IMG/VR virus record: IMGVR_UViG_3300049595_001870
Coordinates: 53,779 to 117,778 of that record
Reading direction: 5' to 3' (one strand)
Length of the DNA: 64,000 bases
Source of the DNA: a virus
Part shown: piece after piece, positions 53,626 to 63,800 of the stretch
Position numbering within the stretch: the stretch's first letter is position 1
Layout: every line of letters begins with the position of its first letter
The notes under the pieces: generated by a model
Database searches by the model: none
What the model was told of the DNA's origin: nothing
Seen by the model: the letters and a program-made list of their open reading frames with translations, nothing else
Position numbers and translations under genes: made by a program

Positions 53626-54338
53626 CAGTACCCCAACGCCCGCGGCTCCGTGGAGCGGGGAGAGTTCATCAGGCGCCTGATCTCGTTGCCGGCCTCATCG
53701 ACAATGTGCGTTGGCGCGCCGCGGCCGTAACGCATCAAATCCCCGACGGCGCCGGCGGATCGCATGGCGGCCCCGCCAAGGCGACCGGCCACTTTGAACG
53801 GAATGGGCACGGGCAGGTACGTCTCGGGATCCGTCAGAAGATCGATCGCCGTGATGTTGCCGTCAGAGATTCCCAGACGCCGGGCGTCCTCGCGCCAGTC
53901 GTCCGGTGATCCCGGTGTTCCGGCGGCGGCTGACGGATACGCCGCAGAGATCGGAGCCCGCAGTGCCAGCTCTGCCGCCCGGCCGTAGTCGTCTGCGTTG
54001 TACGCCTGGGCCGCTTTGATGAGCGTGTCCCTTGGCCGCATGGCCGTCTCAAACACGGCGCTGTACGCCTTGCCTGGCGCGGCCTTCAGGTGCTCGTAGT
54101 AGTCCCCCGACGGGCCCGGCCGCAGGGTGTCCTGCACCATGCCCATGCGCAGCTCGCGCGGATCGTACGGCCGACCGTCGATATACACGCTGCGATCTCG
54201 CATGCCCTCCAGCACTTGGTATTCCGGCGACGCAGTAACCTCCTGCCACCTCCGCTCACGCTCGGCTGACTCCGCTGCCTGCTGCTCTGGAGAGCCGTAA
54301 AAATAATCCGTGAACCGATCGGCTATGGTTCTGGGCAT
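53625..54338 (-). CDS. Hypothetical protein
   Basis: TGATG-coupled ORF. Confidence 0.65.
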   Translation of the reverse strand: MPRTIADRFTDYFYGSPEQQAAESAERERRWQEVTASPEYQVLEGMRDRSVYIDGRPYDPRELRMGMVQDTLRPGPSGDYYEHLKAAPGKAYSAVFETAMRPRDTLIKAAQAYNADDYGRAAELALRAPISAAYPSAAAGTPGSPDDWREDARRLGISDGNITAIDLLTDPETYLPVPIPFKVAGRLGGAAMRSAGAVGDLMRYGRGAPTHIVDEAGNEIRRLMNSPRSTEPRALGY

Positions 54339-55801
54339 CAGCGCTGATCCTCCAGCAAACCGTCCGTCACCATTCCCCCACCAACGGCAGCGCCGATGCC
54401 CTGCGTCAGGATGCGGCGGCGCATTTCGTCAGACATGATGTAGCGACGGGCTGGGGCGCGCACGGGAGGGGCTATCTTTTCTTGGGCGGCCAAGTGACGC
54501 AGCCGGCTGTGGTTGTTCTGCAATGCCGTTACCTCGTCAGCCTGACGCATCAGGCCCGGCATGAACTGATCCACAAGCGTGTTGGCGGCTGGAGTCGGAT
54601 AGCCGTTTTCAACTGCCTGCGTAACCAAATGATTTCGCAGCCGGACGGCATGCTTGGTCGGGTCGATGCCAACTTGCAGCGCATGGATCACATCTTCCAC
54701 AAGCCCGGCCGACGATGTCTGATCCTTCCCCCAGCCGCTCCCCACGTATCCATCAGCATGCACTATCAGATCGTTTAGCGCGTCCTCCGCTGCCTGCCGC
54801 GTTTCCGGCCACGCATAGCCCTTGCGAACGACATCTTGCCCTACCGCATCTGGCGTCAGTCCGCCCATCTTCCTGCCCAGTCGCTCCAGCGCCCCCGGAA
54901 CTACCTTCCCGTAGAAGTGTTCGTAGTTCTCAATGTTGCCGCCGACCTTGTCAGCGATGGCTCTTGGTGAGGCGACTTCGATGGCCCGATGCCCCTTGCG
55001 CGCGGCCTCTAGGGCGAGGCGTTTGATGAGGAGGTCGGACCAAGAGTCTTCTAGGGGGAAGGGGATGCCAGTCTTGGGCGATACCACCACATTGCCGCCC
55101 TCGTCCCAGTCAACGGCGTGGCCCGCCTCCAGCATGGCATCCGCGTAGTCGGAATCTGATTCACTTGGTAGCTGCTGCCTTGGGGGCAAAGAGCCTTCCC
55201 GTGCCTTTCGGTTGTGAATCCCCAAGTCCGATTGGAGTTCATTGATCCGCAGGGCATCGCCGTGGGTGTCGAAGCGTGCGTGGGCGACTGCGTCGGCGTT
55301 TTCGTTTGCCCAGTGATTGTCAAACTTGCGCTCGGCCGCGAAGGGCTGAATGAGCAGCAGCTCTGTGTAGTCCTTGCCGCCCTGTCCATACGATTGATAA
55401 GTCGGCGGCCCAACAGGCTCTCCTTGCCCCAAAGGGTCGCTCCGCATAAAACCACCAGTCGGATCATCCAAGTCGGCCCACGCGGATGACATTGGGGCAT
55501 TGCGCCGCACTTGCTCCGCGTGCGTATACACAGGGCTGCGTTCTTGCACCCTGGCCAAGAGTTCTTCCCTCGGCACCACATCCCTGCCGAAGGTCAACGA
55601 ATCTAGGTCGGTTGCCTTCAGCTCCCACCCAGGCACGCCGTCTTTGTAGCGCTTCAGCAGCCCGGGGAGTTCCTGCACACGGACGTTCTCTGGCATGGCC
55701 TCAATGGCACGCTCCAGGCGGGAGTAAATGCCTGGATCCGGGTTGTAGCCAAGCAGTCCGGCGATCTGGCGGCCGGCGGCGTCGTAACGTCCGGGCATCA
55801 C
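54338..55801 (-). CDS. Polyvalent-protein-like module (YSRLE..Y.ELLL..AHAR..ELQSD)
   Basis: Motif order resembles a module of large phage polyvalent proteins. Confidence 0.55.
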   Translation of the reverse strand: MMPGRYDAAGRQIAGLLGYNPDPGIYSRLERAIEAMPENVRVQELPGLLKRYKDGVPGWELKATDLDSLTFGRDVVPREELLARVQERSPVYTHAEQVRRNAPMSSAWADLDDPTGGFMRSDPLGQGEPVGPPTYQSYGQGGKDYTELLLIQPFAAERKFDNHWANENADAVAHARFDTHGDALRINELQSDLGIHNRKAREGSLPPRQQLPSESDSDYADAMLEAGHAVDWDEGGNVVVSPKTGIPFPLEDSWSDLLIKRLALEAARKGHRAIEVASPRAIADKVGGNIENYEHFYGKVVPGALERLGRKMGGLTPDAVGQDVVRKGYAWPETRQAAEDALNDLIVHADGYVGSGWGKDQTSSAGLVEDVIHALQVGIDPTKHAVRLRNHLVTQAVENGYPTPAANTLVDQFMPGLMRQADEVTALQNNHSRLRHLAAQEKIAPPVRAPARRYIMSDEMRRRILTQGIGAAVGGGMVTDGLLEDQR

Positions 55802-56070
55802 CAGCTCCAGTTACATGACCACCAGCCGGGCGTCAGCTTGTCCGTCTTCTCGTCGCAATTGTGGCGGGCTTTGAAGTTGGCCCGGCGGCCATCATCACCA
55901 TGACCACCGCCAGACCCGTCCCGGTAGTGGCCCATGGACGCATCGCCGAATCGCACCAGCCGCTCTTCGTCCCCGACCTTGGCGCGGACGACGAACTTCT
56001 TCCCGCCCTGCGTATCCCGGACGGGACGGTTGGGAATCAGCTTGCGGATCTTGTCGCCTTCTTCGTCCAT
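55798..56070 (-). CDS. Conserved small protein (KKFVV..VRFGD..RRANFKARHNC..WWSC)
   Basis: Motif family recalled from phages/giant viruses. Confidence 0.75.
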   Translation of the reverse strand: MDEEGDKIRKLIPNRPVRDTQGGKKFVVRAKVGDEERLVRFGDASMGHYRDGSGGGHGDDGRRANFKARHNCDEKTDKLTPGWWSCNWSW

Positions 56071-56768
56071 CACTCGTCGTCCTGCATAAGTTCCGTCGCC
56101 CACCAAGGCGATGTTGCTGCGGCCCCAAGCTCTCCAGCGCGTCGGAGAGTGCGCGGATCGTTGTAGATGGCCTGGGCGCGGCCGATCATGTCGGCGATGC
56201 GCGCTGCCGATTTGTCGCCCTCGTTGGCATAGTAGTTGGCATACGCAGCCCACGGCACTCCTATGACCCGATCGCCGCCGGCGCGGGTGGCCAAAGCCTC
56301 ATCGAAGACACGGTTAAGGCCGTGCGGCAATCTGGCTGTCAACTGAACGCCGATCGGCAGTCGGGGGTGATCGGGCGAAGGATTTGGCAATTCCAAGTAG
56401 CGTTTCGCCCCTTCGTTTATTGCGTGCATGACCTCATGCCGCCGTATTCTTCGGTCGCCCTGTGGGTACACAACCGTCCCAAGGACGCCCTGTCGCCGTT
56501 CATCATACTGGTCAAAGTAGTCTTCCAGTTTACGGTCGGGAACAAACATGCCGATGGCGTCTTTGGCTTTCATAGAATATGGGATGTGTTCAACATCGGT
56601 GGCTGTAAACCTGGCCGCGGTTGACCTCGGATAAGCGTCCAAGTACGTTCCGTCCGGCATGTATGGCAAATCGACGGTCGCTCTCCGCATGGCCAGCATC
56701 GCCCTGACCCGCTCGTTCCGGGCCGGGCCCACTCCCAGACGCGCGATCAGGTCATCGATCTTGCCCAT
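56070..56768 (-). CDS. Putative zincin-like metallopeptidase
   Basis: RHEVMH (HExxH) with downstream DEALA. Confidence 0.55.
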   Translation of the reverse strand: MGKIDDLIARLGVGPARNERVRAMLAMRRATVDLPYMPDGTYLDAYPRSTAARFTATDVEHIPYSMKAKDAIGMFVPDRKLEDYFDQYDERRQGVLGTVVYPQGDRRIRRHEVMHAINEGAKRYLELPNPSPDHPRLPIGVQLTARLPHGLNRVFDEALATRAGGDRVIGVPWAAYANYYANEGDKSAARIADMIGRAQAIYNDPRTLRRAGELGAAATSPWWATELMQDDE

Positions 56769-56810
56769 GGACGCATCCAGTCCTCCAGCTCGTCCTCGTC
56801 CTCCCAGTCC

Positions 56811-57191
56811 TCATCCAAGGACGATACTGCTGCCGCGCGGGACGACGGTGACGGGAGATTCCGCCTGTTGCAGCCGCCGGAGAAGGGCGTCAATCCGCAT
56901 CTGCTCCATCTCTTTCTCATGCTGCATCCTCCGCGCCTCTCGGAGTTGACTGACACGCGAGTCGTTTTCCCTGCGGAAGGCGGCCGTGGTCTTGTCGGCC
57001 ATGTCCTTCAACAGTTCAGCCTGCTGGGCCGGGCCGGGCAGGGGAAACATTGGTGCTGCCATCTGTGGTTTCGCCATCCTTCTTGGGCGCGGCCGTGCGG
57101 CCGGCTGCCGCGGATTGCCTAACGCATCGTTGGGTTCGTCTTCCATCTCCTGCCCCAGCAACGGCAGGAGTTCGTCTGGAATGCCAAGCAT
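56811..57191 (-). CDS. Hypothetical protein
   Basis: TAGGAG RBS places start at MLGIP. Confidence 0.6.
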   Translation of the reverse strand: MLGIPDELLPLLGQEMEDEPNDALGNPRQPAARPRPRRMAKPQMAAPMFPLPGPAQQAELLKDMADKTTAAFRRENDSRVSQLREARRMQHEKEMEQMRIDALLRRLQQAESPVTVVPRGSSIVLG

Positions 57192-57201
57192 GGGCGTTCT
57201 C

Positions 57202-57618
57202 CTATGAACCATTGCCCTTGCGGGCGCGCCAGCACGCCAGACGCACCAGGGCCTTGGCCGCCAGCCGGCTAAAAGGCAGCTTTCGCTTTTGGGCCGTCTC
57301 TTCCATCACGGCGACGATCTCGTCTGTGTGGTTCAGCGACTCCTGGCCCCACTTGTTCATTTTGTTGGCCATAGCGTTGCACTTGCAGGTCTTGCTGGCG
57401 TGGATCCCGATTGTGGCCAGGAGCTTCTTCAGTTCCGTGCCCGGCCCAACATCTGGCGGAGCCGACACGGCACGGCGGCGTCCTGGGTAGCTGCTGTGCT
57501 TTTCATCGATCGTCCACTGGTCGCCGTCCTTGGCGACGACGCACGGCATCGCATCGGCTAGCGAATATCCGCGCTGGCGGCAGCGGGCCTCAAAGAATTT
57601 GCGATGGCAAGTGATCAC
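57202..57618 (-). CDS. Cys-containing phage protein (GPGTELKKLL..CKC..MN.WG)
   Basis: GTGA overlap with upstream gene. Confidence 0.65.
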   Translation of the reverse strand: MITCHRKFFEARCRQRGYSLADAMPCVVAKDGDQWTIDEKHSSYPGRRRAVSAPPDVGPGTELKKLLATIGIHASKTCKCNAMANKMNKWGQESLNHTDEIVAVMEETAQKRKLPFSRLAAKALVRLACWRARKGNGS

Positions 57619-58337
57619 GGGAGCGGGTTGAACTCCAGGCCGTCCTGGCTGAGCAGCTCGTCCAAGAATTCGTTCTGCTGCTCGCAGAAGTCGCTGTATC
57701 CGCTGATGTCCGCCGATCCAATAGGGACCAGCGTCAGCGTGCCGTCGCAATCCACTATGCGATGCTGCCGGGTGGAGCTGGCGATTTGCGGTGAGGTTAT
57801 GTCGCCGCCGCCTACCCAGCCTATAAGGACCAGAGAAACCGTGACGGTGATCTTGTAGTCTTCGTCAGGATCATCGGCGCAATCGCTGACAAATGTCAGC
57901 AAGTGCTCCATCAGCGACACGGGGCACGGGGAATCAAAGCAGATGTTGGGGTTGTCAACGTCAATGCAAGACAGCTCGCCGAAGTCGTCCGAGGTCAGGT
58001 TTCCTTCACCGCTCGGCGATATGCCGTTGTTGTAGATCAGTTGTTCTTCCAAATCCGGCGGGTCACCGCAGGTGTACGGATCGCATCCCACGCACTCGCC
58101 GTCTTCGCATGTCTCCCCCACTTCGCAGCAATACGGATCCTCCGAAGAACCGCAGCACGCTTGGCCAGAGGGGCAACAGATTTTCTCTTGGCAGCAGTAC
58201 TCGCCCTCGGGGCAGCACACCTGCTCCTCGCCGGAGCCACAGCAGACCCGAGGCTCCTTGCAGCACGCCTTCTCGCCCGGCGGACCACAGCACTCACCGT
58301 TCACCGCCAAGCAGCAGCAGTCGCAGCAGCTCATCAC
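57615..58337 (-). CDS. Cys-rich protein with periodic CC pairs
   Basis: CC every 6-9 residues over the first ~90 aa; TAGGAG RBS. Confidence 0.75.
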   Translation of the reverse strand: MMSCCDCCCLAVNGECCGPPGEKACCKEPRVCCGSGEEQVCCPEGEYCCQEKICCPSGQACCGSSEDPYCCEVGETCEDGECVGCDPYTCGDPPDLEEQLIYNNGISPSGEGNLTSDDFGELSCIDVDNPNICFDSPCPVSLMEHLLTFVSDCADDPDEDYKITVTVSLVLIGWVGGGDITSPQIASSTRQHRIVDCDGTLTLVPIGSADISGYSDFCEQQNEFLDELLSQDGLEFNPLP

Positions 58338-58611
58338 ACGCTCCTACAAGCCATTGCCCCCGCAGCGTGGCCAAAGCCCCTGCCCCGAGCTTCGTTTTTA
58401 CCTTCTTGCTTGTATAGGTGGGGGATGGCCTCGTCACGCCCACGCTTCGCCCCTCTGGCGTTGTGGCGCGGCCACGCTATTACCGGGCCTTTGACGCTAA
58501 CGGGCTCCTGGCGTCACGCAGGAGCGTCACAGGGGCATGTGGTGTTTCGCTGGGAGAAACACGTGGGGGCCGGAGGTGGTGAAAAATCCGGGAGGGGGAT
58601 TGAAGAAAAAG

Positions 58612-58685
58612 GCGTCGCAAAAAAGGGGGGGGCAGGGTGGGGTATGATCGACCGTCCGGCCGATCATAACACCTTACCCTGCCCC
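58612..58685 (-). terminator. Long hairpin plus U-tract after the leftward 58774 gene
   Basis: GGGGCAGGGT/ACCCTGCCCC and ATGATCG/CGATCAT stems; TTTTTT follows on minus strand. Confidence 0.55.
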
Positions 58686-58773
58686 GACTTACGCTGCGCG
58701 TTTAGGTTGGTGGGCAAGAGCACACCCCCCGGGCCGTCGCCCCGACGACGATCGGCCCGGTGGGCGTGCATGC

Positions 58774-59577
58774 TCACCCGACGATAGCTTCCCGCGCCAC
58801 CTCGGCGGCGATCGGTTCCATACGCTTCCCGCCCCTACTGCGTCGGCTTGTCTTCCGGGCGCGGTTTACTACTGAAGGCGCCCACAGACCGCCGATCTGC
58901 CGACCGTCGGCATCGTAGCGGCTGGTGGCCGCTTCGATAGCCTCAGCGATCCTCGCCGGATTGTCGATCGGCGGGCGGTTGTACTCCGCGGATTCGATGC
59001 CGGACTGCCGCCGCTTCTCAGCGGCCCGGGCAAACAAGCTGTCGCCTACCCATGCCGTGCGGCGGTATAGGCTGCAGGTCTGCCACGTGGCCGCTGCGAG
59101 GTTTCCACGGGCGATGCCGGATTTTGAATAGTCCCGCGTCCAGATACTGTGCAGGATCGCGGCCACGGTTTCTTCGCGTCCCTCCGCGGACAGCGGCCGT
59201 CGATCGTACGGGCCGGACCACCTCGCCACGTAACGGGAAACGACCACAAGCAGACTTTTCGCCTGCCGCGGTGTGATATCGGCCGGACTGAACGTGCCGA
59301 CCCCCATGCCACGTTCACGCGAAGCCCATCGCCCGCCTTTACGCTGGCCTAACATTCTGGCCATCTGCTCGCGTGTGAACGAGCGATGCCGATCCGCTCG
59401 CACGGTCTGCGGCACGGGGGTCGGGTCTGCTATTTGCCCGCTGTCACCCGCCAGCGGGATCAGCAGCGGCCAACGCTCACGTTCGGCGGTCTGCTCTTCG
59501 CACCATGCCAGAATCTCGCGGGCGATCGTCTCCACCGTGCTCGCATCAATACCGTCGATCATCTCAGACACGTTCAT
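58774..59577 (-). CDS. Leftward gene divergent from the early operon; unknown, weak sigma-region-2-like core
   Basis: GGGGAG RBS, MNVSEMID start; homologous by eye to 1-227. Confidence 0.6.
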   Translation of the reverse strand: MNVSEMIDGIDASTVETIAREILAWCEEQTAERERWPLLIPLAGDSGQIADPTPVPQTVRADRHRSFTREQMARMLGQRKGGRWASRERGMGVGTFSPADITPRQAKSLLVVVSRYVARWSGPYDRRPLSAEGREETVAAILHSIWTRDYSKSGIARGNLAAATWQTCSLYRRTAWVGDSLFARAAEKRRQSGIESAEYNRPPIDNPARIAEAIEAATSRYDADGRQIGGLWAPSVVNRARKTSRRSRGGKRMEPIAAEVAREAIVG

Positions 59578-59672
59578 TGTCGAATCTCCCCTTATACTAG
59601 TCCTCGCGGTGTGACAATTCACCCCGCACGCCATACAGTATATATCGGCCGCTGAGATTCGCAAAATAAATT

Positions 59673-59792
59673 GTAACACCGCCCGGACTAGTCTAAGGCG
59701 ACGCCGACGACGATCGACGACGATCGACGACGACGCCGACGACGGTGTTTTGGTAACACCGCCCGGACTAGTCTAAGGCGACGCCGACGACG
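59673..59792. repeat. Two perfect 40-bp direct repeats (80-bp period) separated by a GACGAC-rich spacer
   Basis: GTAACACCGCCCGGACTAGTCTAAGGCGACGCCGACGACG at 59673-59712 and 59753-59792; internal palindrome GACTAGTC. Confidence 0.9.
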
Positions 59793-59854
59793 CCCGTCAC
59801 GCGGGGAAGGAAGCGTGTTGCTTCCTGCGCATGCGGGCAGCCAATGGAGGTTCC

Positions 59855-60025
59855 ATGTGGGAATACGAATGGCTGGGCTACGGCCTGACCATCACCGCTC
59901 CGTGCGGGAAGGACATATTCATGCAGGGCGAGGAAGCCAGTGAACTGCATGACCGCTTGGAGGCCATGTCACCCGAGGAGGTGCAGGCTGAACTGAGCGA
60001 GTACGACGTTCTGCTGGAAGATTGA
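59855..60025 (+). CDS. 56-aa acidic protein (first early gene of this allele)
   Basis: GGAGG RBS; MWEYEWLGYG...YDVLLED; unrelated to 691-870. Confidence 0.7.
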   Translation: MWEYEWLGYGLTITAPCGKDIFMQGEEASELHDRLEAMSPEEVQAELSEYDVLLED

Positions 60026-60110
60026 CGGGATTCGATCCCGGGCAGTGGCAGCCCATATGGGTTATTCCGTGCCGCTGCCTGGGTTCGGCTGCCGTTTGGT
60101 AGTCGGTTCT
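60026..60110 (+). ncRNA. Second allele of structured leader RNA
   Basis: Same three hairpins as 871-957 with loop and pairing-preserving changes. Confidence 0.6.
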
Positions 60111-60126
60111 TTCCACGGAGGTGCGT

Positions 60127-60876
60127 ATGCGACTGGCATATGCACCGGCCAACGCCAAGCTCCGCCGTCTTCAGGAGCGCTTGGGCGTCAAGGTCTACTC
60201 CTTTGACATGCTGTCAGGAGTGACCTGTCCCGCAGCCAAGGACTGCAAGTCTTGGGCTGTGGAGTACGGACGCGGCAAGCGTAGGATTCAAGACGGCAAG
60301 CACACGTTGTTCCGGTGCTTTTCGGCCTCGCAAGAGGCTCAGTACACGGATGTGTACAAGTTCCGTAAGGCCAACATGGATGCGGCCCTGTCGCTTGCGG
60401 CAGAGTCGCCCATGAAGTGTGCCTCGGCCCTGGTTGAGGCTCTGCCTGACCGGGCAGCGGTGATTCGCATCCATGTGGCTGGGGATTTCAAGATCCTCAA
60501 CTACTTCGATGCGTGGCTGGAGGTGTGCGAACGCAGGCCCGACCTGCGGCTGTATGCCTACACCAAGATGTTGTCGTTCTGGCAGAAGCGGCGGGACATC
60601 CTGCCTGCGAATCTGGCCCTGACTGCCAGCAGGGGTGGTCGGTTCGACCATCTGATCGACAGCGAGGGATTCCGTGAGTCGGTAGTGGTCTACAGCGAGG
60701 CCAAGGCCAAACGGCTGCGGCTGGCTATCGACCATGATGACAGCCATGCGTACTCGCTCACTGGCGGGTCGTTTGCCCTGCTGATCCACGGCACTCAACC
60801 GCCGGGCAGCGAGGCTGGCAAGGCCGTGCGGGCCTTGCGCGGGAAGGGTTCCTACAACCGGAAAGTGAAGGTGTGA
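60127..60876 (+). CDS. Gp88-like protein (second copy)
   Basis: Same as 974-1723 except one K/R. Confidence 0.75.
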   Translation: MRLAYAPANAKLRRLQERLGVKVYSFDMLSGVTCPAAKDCKSWAVEYGRGKRRIQDGKHTLFRCFSASQEAQYTDVYKFRKANMDAALSLAAESPMKCASALVEALPDRAAVIRIHVAGDFKILNYFDAWLEVCERRPDLRLYAYTKMLSFWQKRRDILPANLALTASRGGRFDHLIDSEGFRESVVVYSEAKAKRLRLAIDHDDSHAYSLTGGSFALLIHGTQPPGSEAGKAVRALRGKGSYNRKVKV

Positions 60877-63800
60877 CATGCGGACAAGTCTGACCGGCCG
60901 CCTTGTGCGTGCGGCCGACGACTTGCGGAGGCTGCGGTCTGATCTGAACAGCCTGGCCGTGGCACTGCTGACGGATGACAACGGCATATCACAAGAGTCC
61001 TACGGACTGCTGCGGTCAGTGTTTGCCCGTGTCGGCGGCATGCCGGCCCTGAACGTCGATGCGACGGACGGGCGGTTCTACATTCCGGAGGAGGTGTGAC
61101 ATGAACAAAGATTTTGGCGAGACAGTCGCCAAGTACTTTTACGGCGAGGGGAAGTGGGTGTCGGTCTATGCGTGCTACCCAGACATGGAGGCTTACGACA
61201 ATCGAACGCCGGACTACTGGGATGTGTACGACGAGAACGGAGCATGCCTCAACGAGGGTGAGGCGTTCTATGCGATGCCCACTTGGGGCGATGTGCTGAA
61301 GTCCTACATCAAGCAGGAGGTGTGACATGCGGAAGCTGAGCGATGAGCCTTTGGTCTGGCAGTACGGCCTCCACCGCGTCGTCAATGGCGTACCGCAGTG
61401 GCTGTCTGTAGATGGCGATTGGCTGCCTGACTCTAACACCGAAAACTTACGCATCCGCAGGTTCCTCTCGCTGGCGGCAGCGAAGCGAGCGTGGGAGGAC
61501 GAGATGCCGCATGCGCTGGATGCGTGGGCTCGCTCCATTGGTATTTTCCAGGGGAAGCGAGATGTGACAGAGGCCCTTTATCGCGGGGAGGTGTGACATG
61601 GTGGCGATTGTGACCAAGTATCACGGCCCGACCAACACGCGGGGTTCCCGTGTGTCTGCGTCTGCCAACGGGCACCGCGTTGAGGTGACCCATGAGTCTG
61701 CTCTGGACTCCGAGGCCAACCATCGCCAGGCATTGCGTGCCCTATGCGACAAGCTGGGGTGGGATGAGGACAGGTTCTACGGCGGTGCCATGGACGATGG
61801 CAGGTGGGCCTGGGTGCCTGTCTTTACCTACGACTGGGAGCAGCGACACAAGGAGCAAGCCAATGCAAACTGACCTGTACAAGGGTGTGGACTGGGCCCC
61901 GCATGTGCGTGAGTTCTATGCGGAGTGGCTCAGATTCACTGGCCTGCGGGCGGATAGTCGCCGGTCTTTCGACCGATTCGTAGCCCTGATGGAGGAACGC
62001 ATGGGCGACTTCCTGATGGATCAGTGTGCGGACTTTTCTGGGATGGGTCTTATCCGGGAGGAGGTGAGCGATGCGACTGCGTGATCGGTTCAATGCCTGG
62101 GTCCAGGCCCGGGTGGATGCGGTGCTGCTGCCGCGTGTGCGGCGGTGCGTGCAGGCTGAGGCCCAGCCTATCGACTTCCAGCGGCTGGCGCTGGAAACGT
62201 CCACCTTGCGTGGGTTCAGCAAGGAGGTGGCGGATGCGCTGGAGCTGGACAACGACTTCTGCCGGCGGCTGGCAGAGGAGATTCCGGCCAGCGACATCGC
62301 ATACCACATCGACGCCGAGGAGGTGGCCAAGGAGGTGGAGGTGGACATCTGCGTGTCCGATGTGGCCGAGAGTCTGGACATGTCGGAGCTGGCCGGGGAG
62401 ATCGATTACGAGGCGCTGGCGGCGGCGCTCGTTCGCATGGCAGCAAAGGGGGTGACCAAGTGAGACATGTGGAATTCCGCAAGTTGGTGGACGCTGTCAT
62501 CGAAGCCCACTGCGGGCTGGGGTCCATGGATCTGCCCGACTTCGATCTGTGGAGCTACTTCGACGAGGACATGACATCCGAAGAGGCGCAGGAGGCGGCG
62601 CGTGATGCCGCCATCGACCTGCTGGTGGAAGAGGGCTTTCCGTTTGAGGAGGGTGCGTGATGCAGAAGTGGGTGGCCCATGCGATTGCGTCTCACGGCCC
62701 GTCTCTGGACGAGCGATGGGTTGGTGATGTGACTGCCGGCGTGGCGGGCGATCTGCCGGCGTTCATTGCGGCAGCGGCGACGGCGGCGCGTGAGTTGGCC
62801 GACGAGCAGTTGGCCGAAGAGTTCTTGGATGCCTTGGCGGCAGTCAATATCGACCGTGTGTTGGGGAAGACCGTCTTCTACTAGGGGGTGCGTGATGAGC
62901 TATCGACCGATGGTGAAGGTGGGCAATGAGTGGGCTGGCAATGGCATTCGCTTTGCCACCCGGGCAGAGGCCGAGGCTTCCGCCCGTGATCTGTACGGAC
63001 GATGGACCCTGTGTGTGGATCACCGGGCAGATGAGTCCGATGATCAGGTAAACTGTGAGTGGGATTCGTCCCGTGGCAATGTGCATTTGGAGGTGGTCAA
63101 TGCCTGAGATTCCAAACATCCCGCAGTCCGTGCGGATATACGTGGCTCCTGTCGGCACAGTGGACTCCCCTGTTCATGGCTGCATTCCGTTCGTCGTTCG
63201 GGCCTACGACAACACCCGCACTGGCGAGGTGATGTGGCGGGGCAGCTACTACCAGAACGTCAATGGCTTCCCAATGTACGTCGCCGCTAGGCAGGCGGCC
63301 GAGCGTGAATGCGGCGTGCGTAACTGGCACATCGTCAACCCAGAGGAGGTGAGCAGTGCCTAGGCACAGACGTTCTCGCACCGACTACCCGGCTGGCGTG
63401 ATTGCCATCTATGACAACTGCGGCAAGACCATCGACCGATACGAGGTGGTGTTCTCGCCTGCGTCCAGTGATGGGGTGCAGTTCTTTCCCATCCTGTACA
63501 TGAGCCCCGATCCGTTCCATCCGCAGGGCGTGGGGCAGCATTCCGAAACGCTGTTCCGCCCGACGCGGATGCCCGATCAGCGCGTGATTGATTGGGCCGA
63601 TCTCCCTGAACGATGCAAGCAGTGTGTTCTGCAAGACTTGGAGGTGACCAATGCCTAAACAGCGGCGGCGGTATGCCGTGATCGGCTGGTGTGCCGTCGA
63701 TGTCCTGGAGCATAGGCCGGGCTGGACCCGCAAGCAGTGCAACGAGTTTCTGGAGGCCAACGAGGATCACGTCCAGTTGGCGATGATTGAGGCTGGCAAT

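Noticed and set aside
23579-58337. Long plus-strand ORFs opposite late genes (e.g. 49412-51058, 44429-45697, 51160-52212)
   Set aside because: Antisense shadows of high-GC coding genes with no motifs or RBS
59673-59792. Possible CRISPR mini-array
   Set aside because: Only two repeats, the 40-bp spacer is made of the repeat's own GACGAC motif, and there are no cas genes
60026-60045. tRNA T-arm (GGGATTCGATCCC)
   Set aside because: Loop too short and no acceptor, D or anticodon arms; explained as hairpin 1 of the leader RNA
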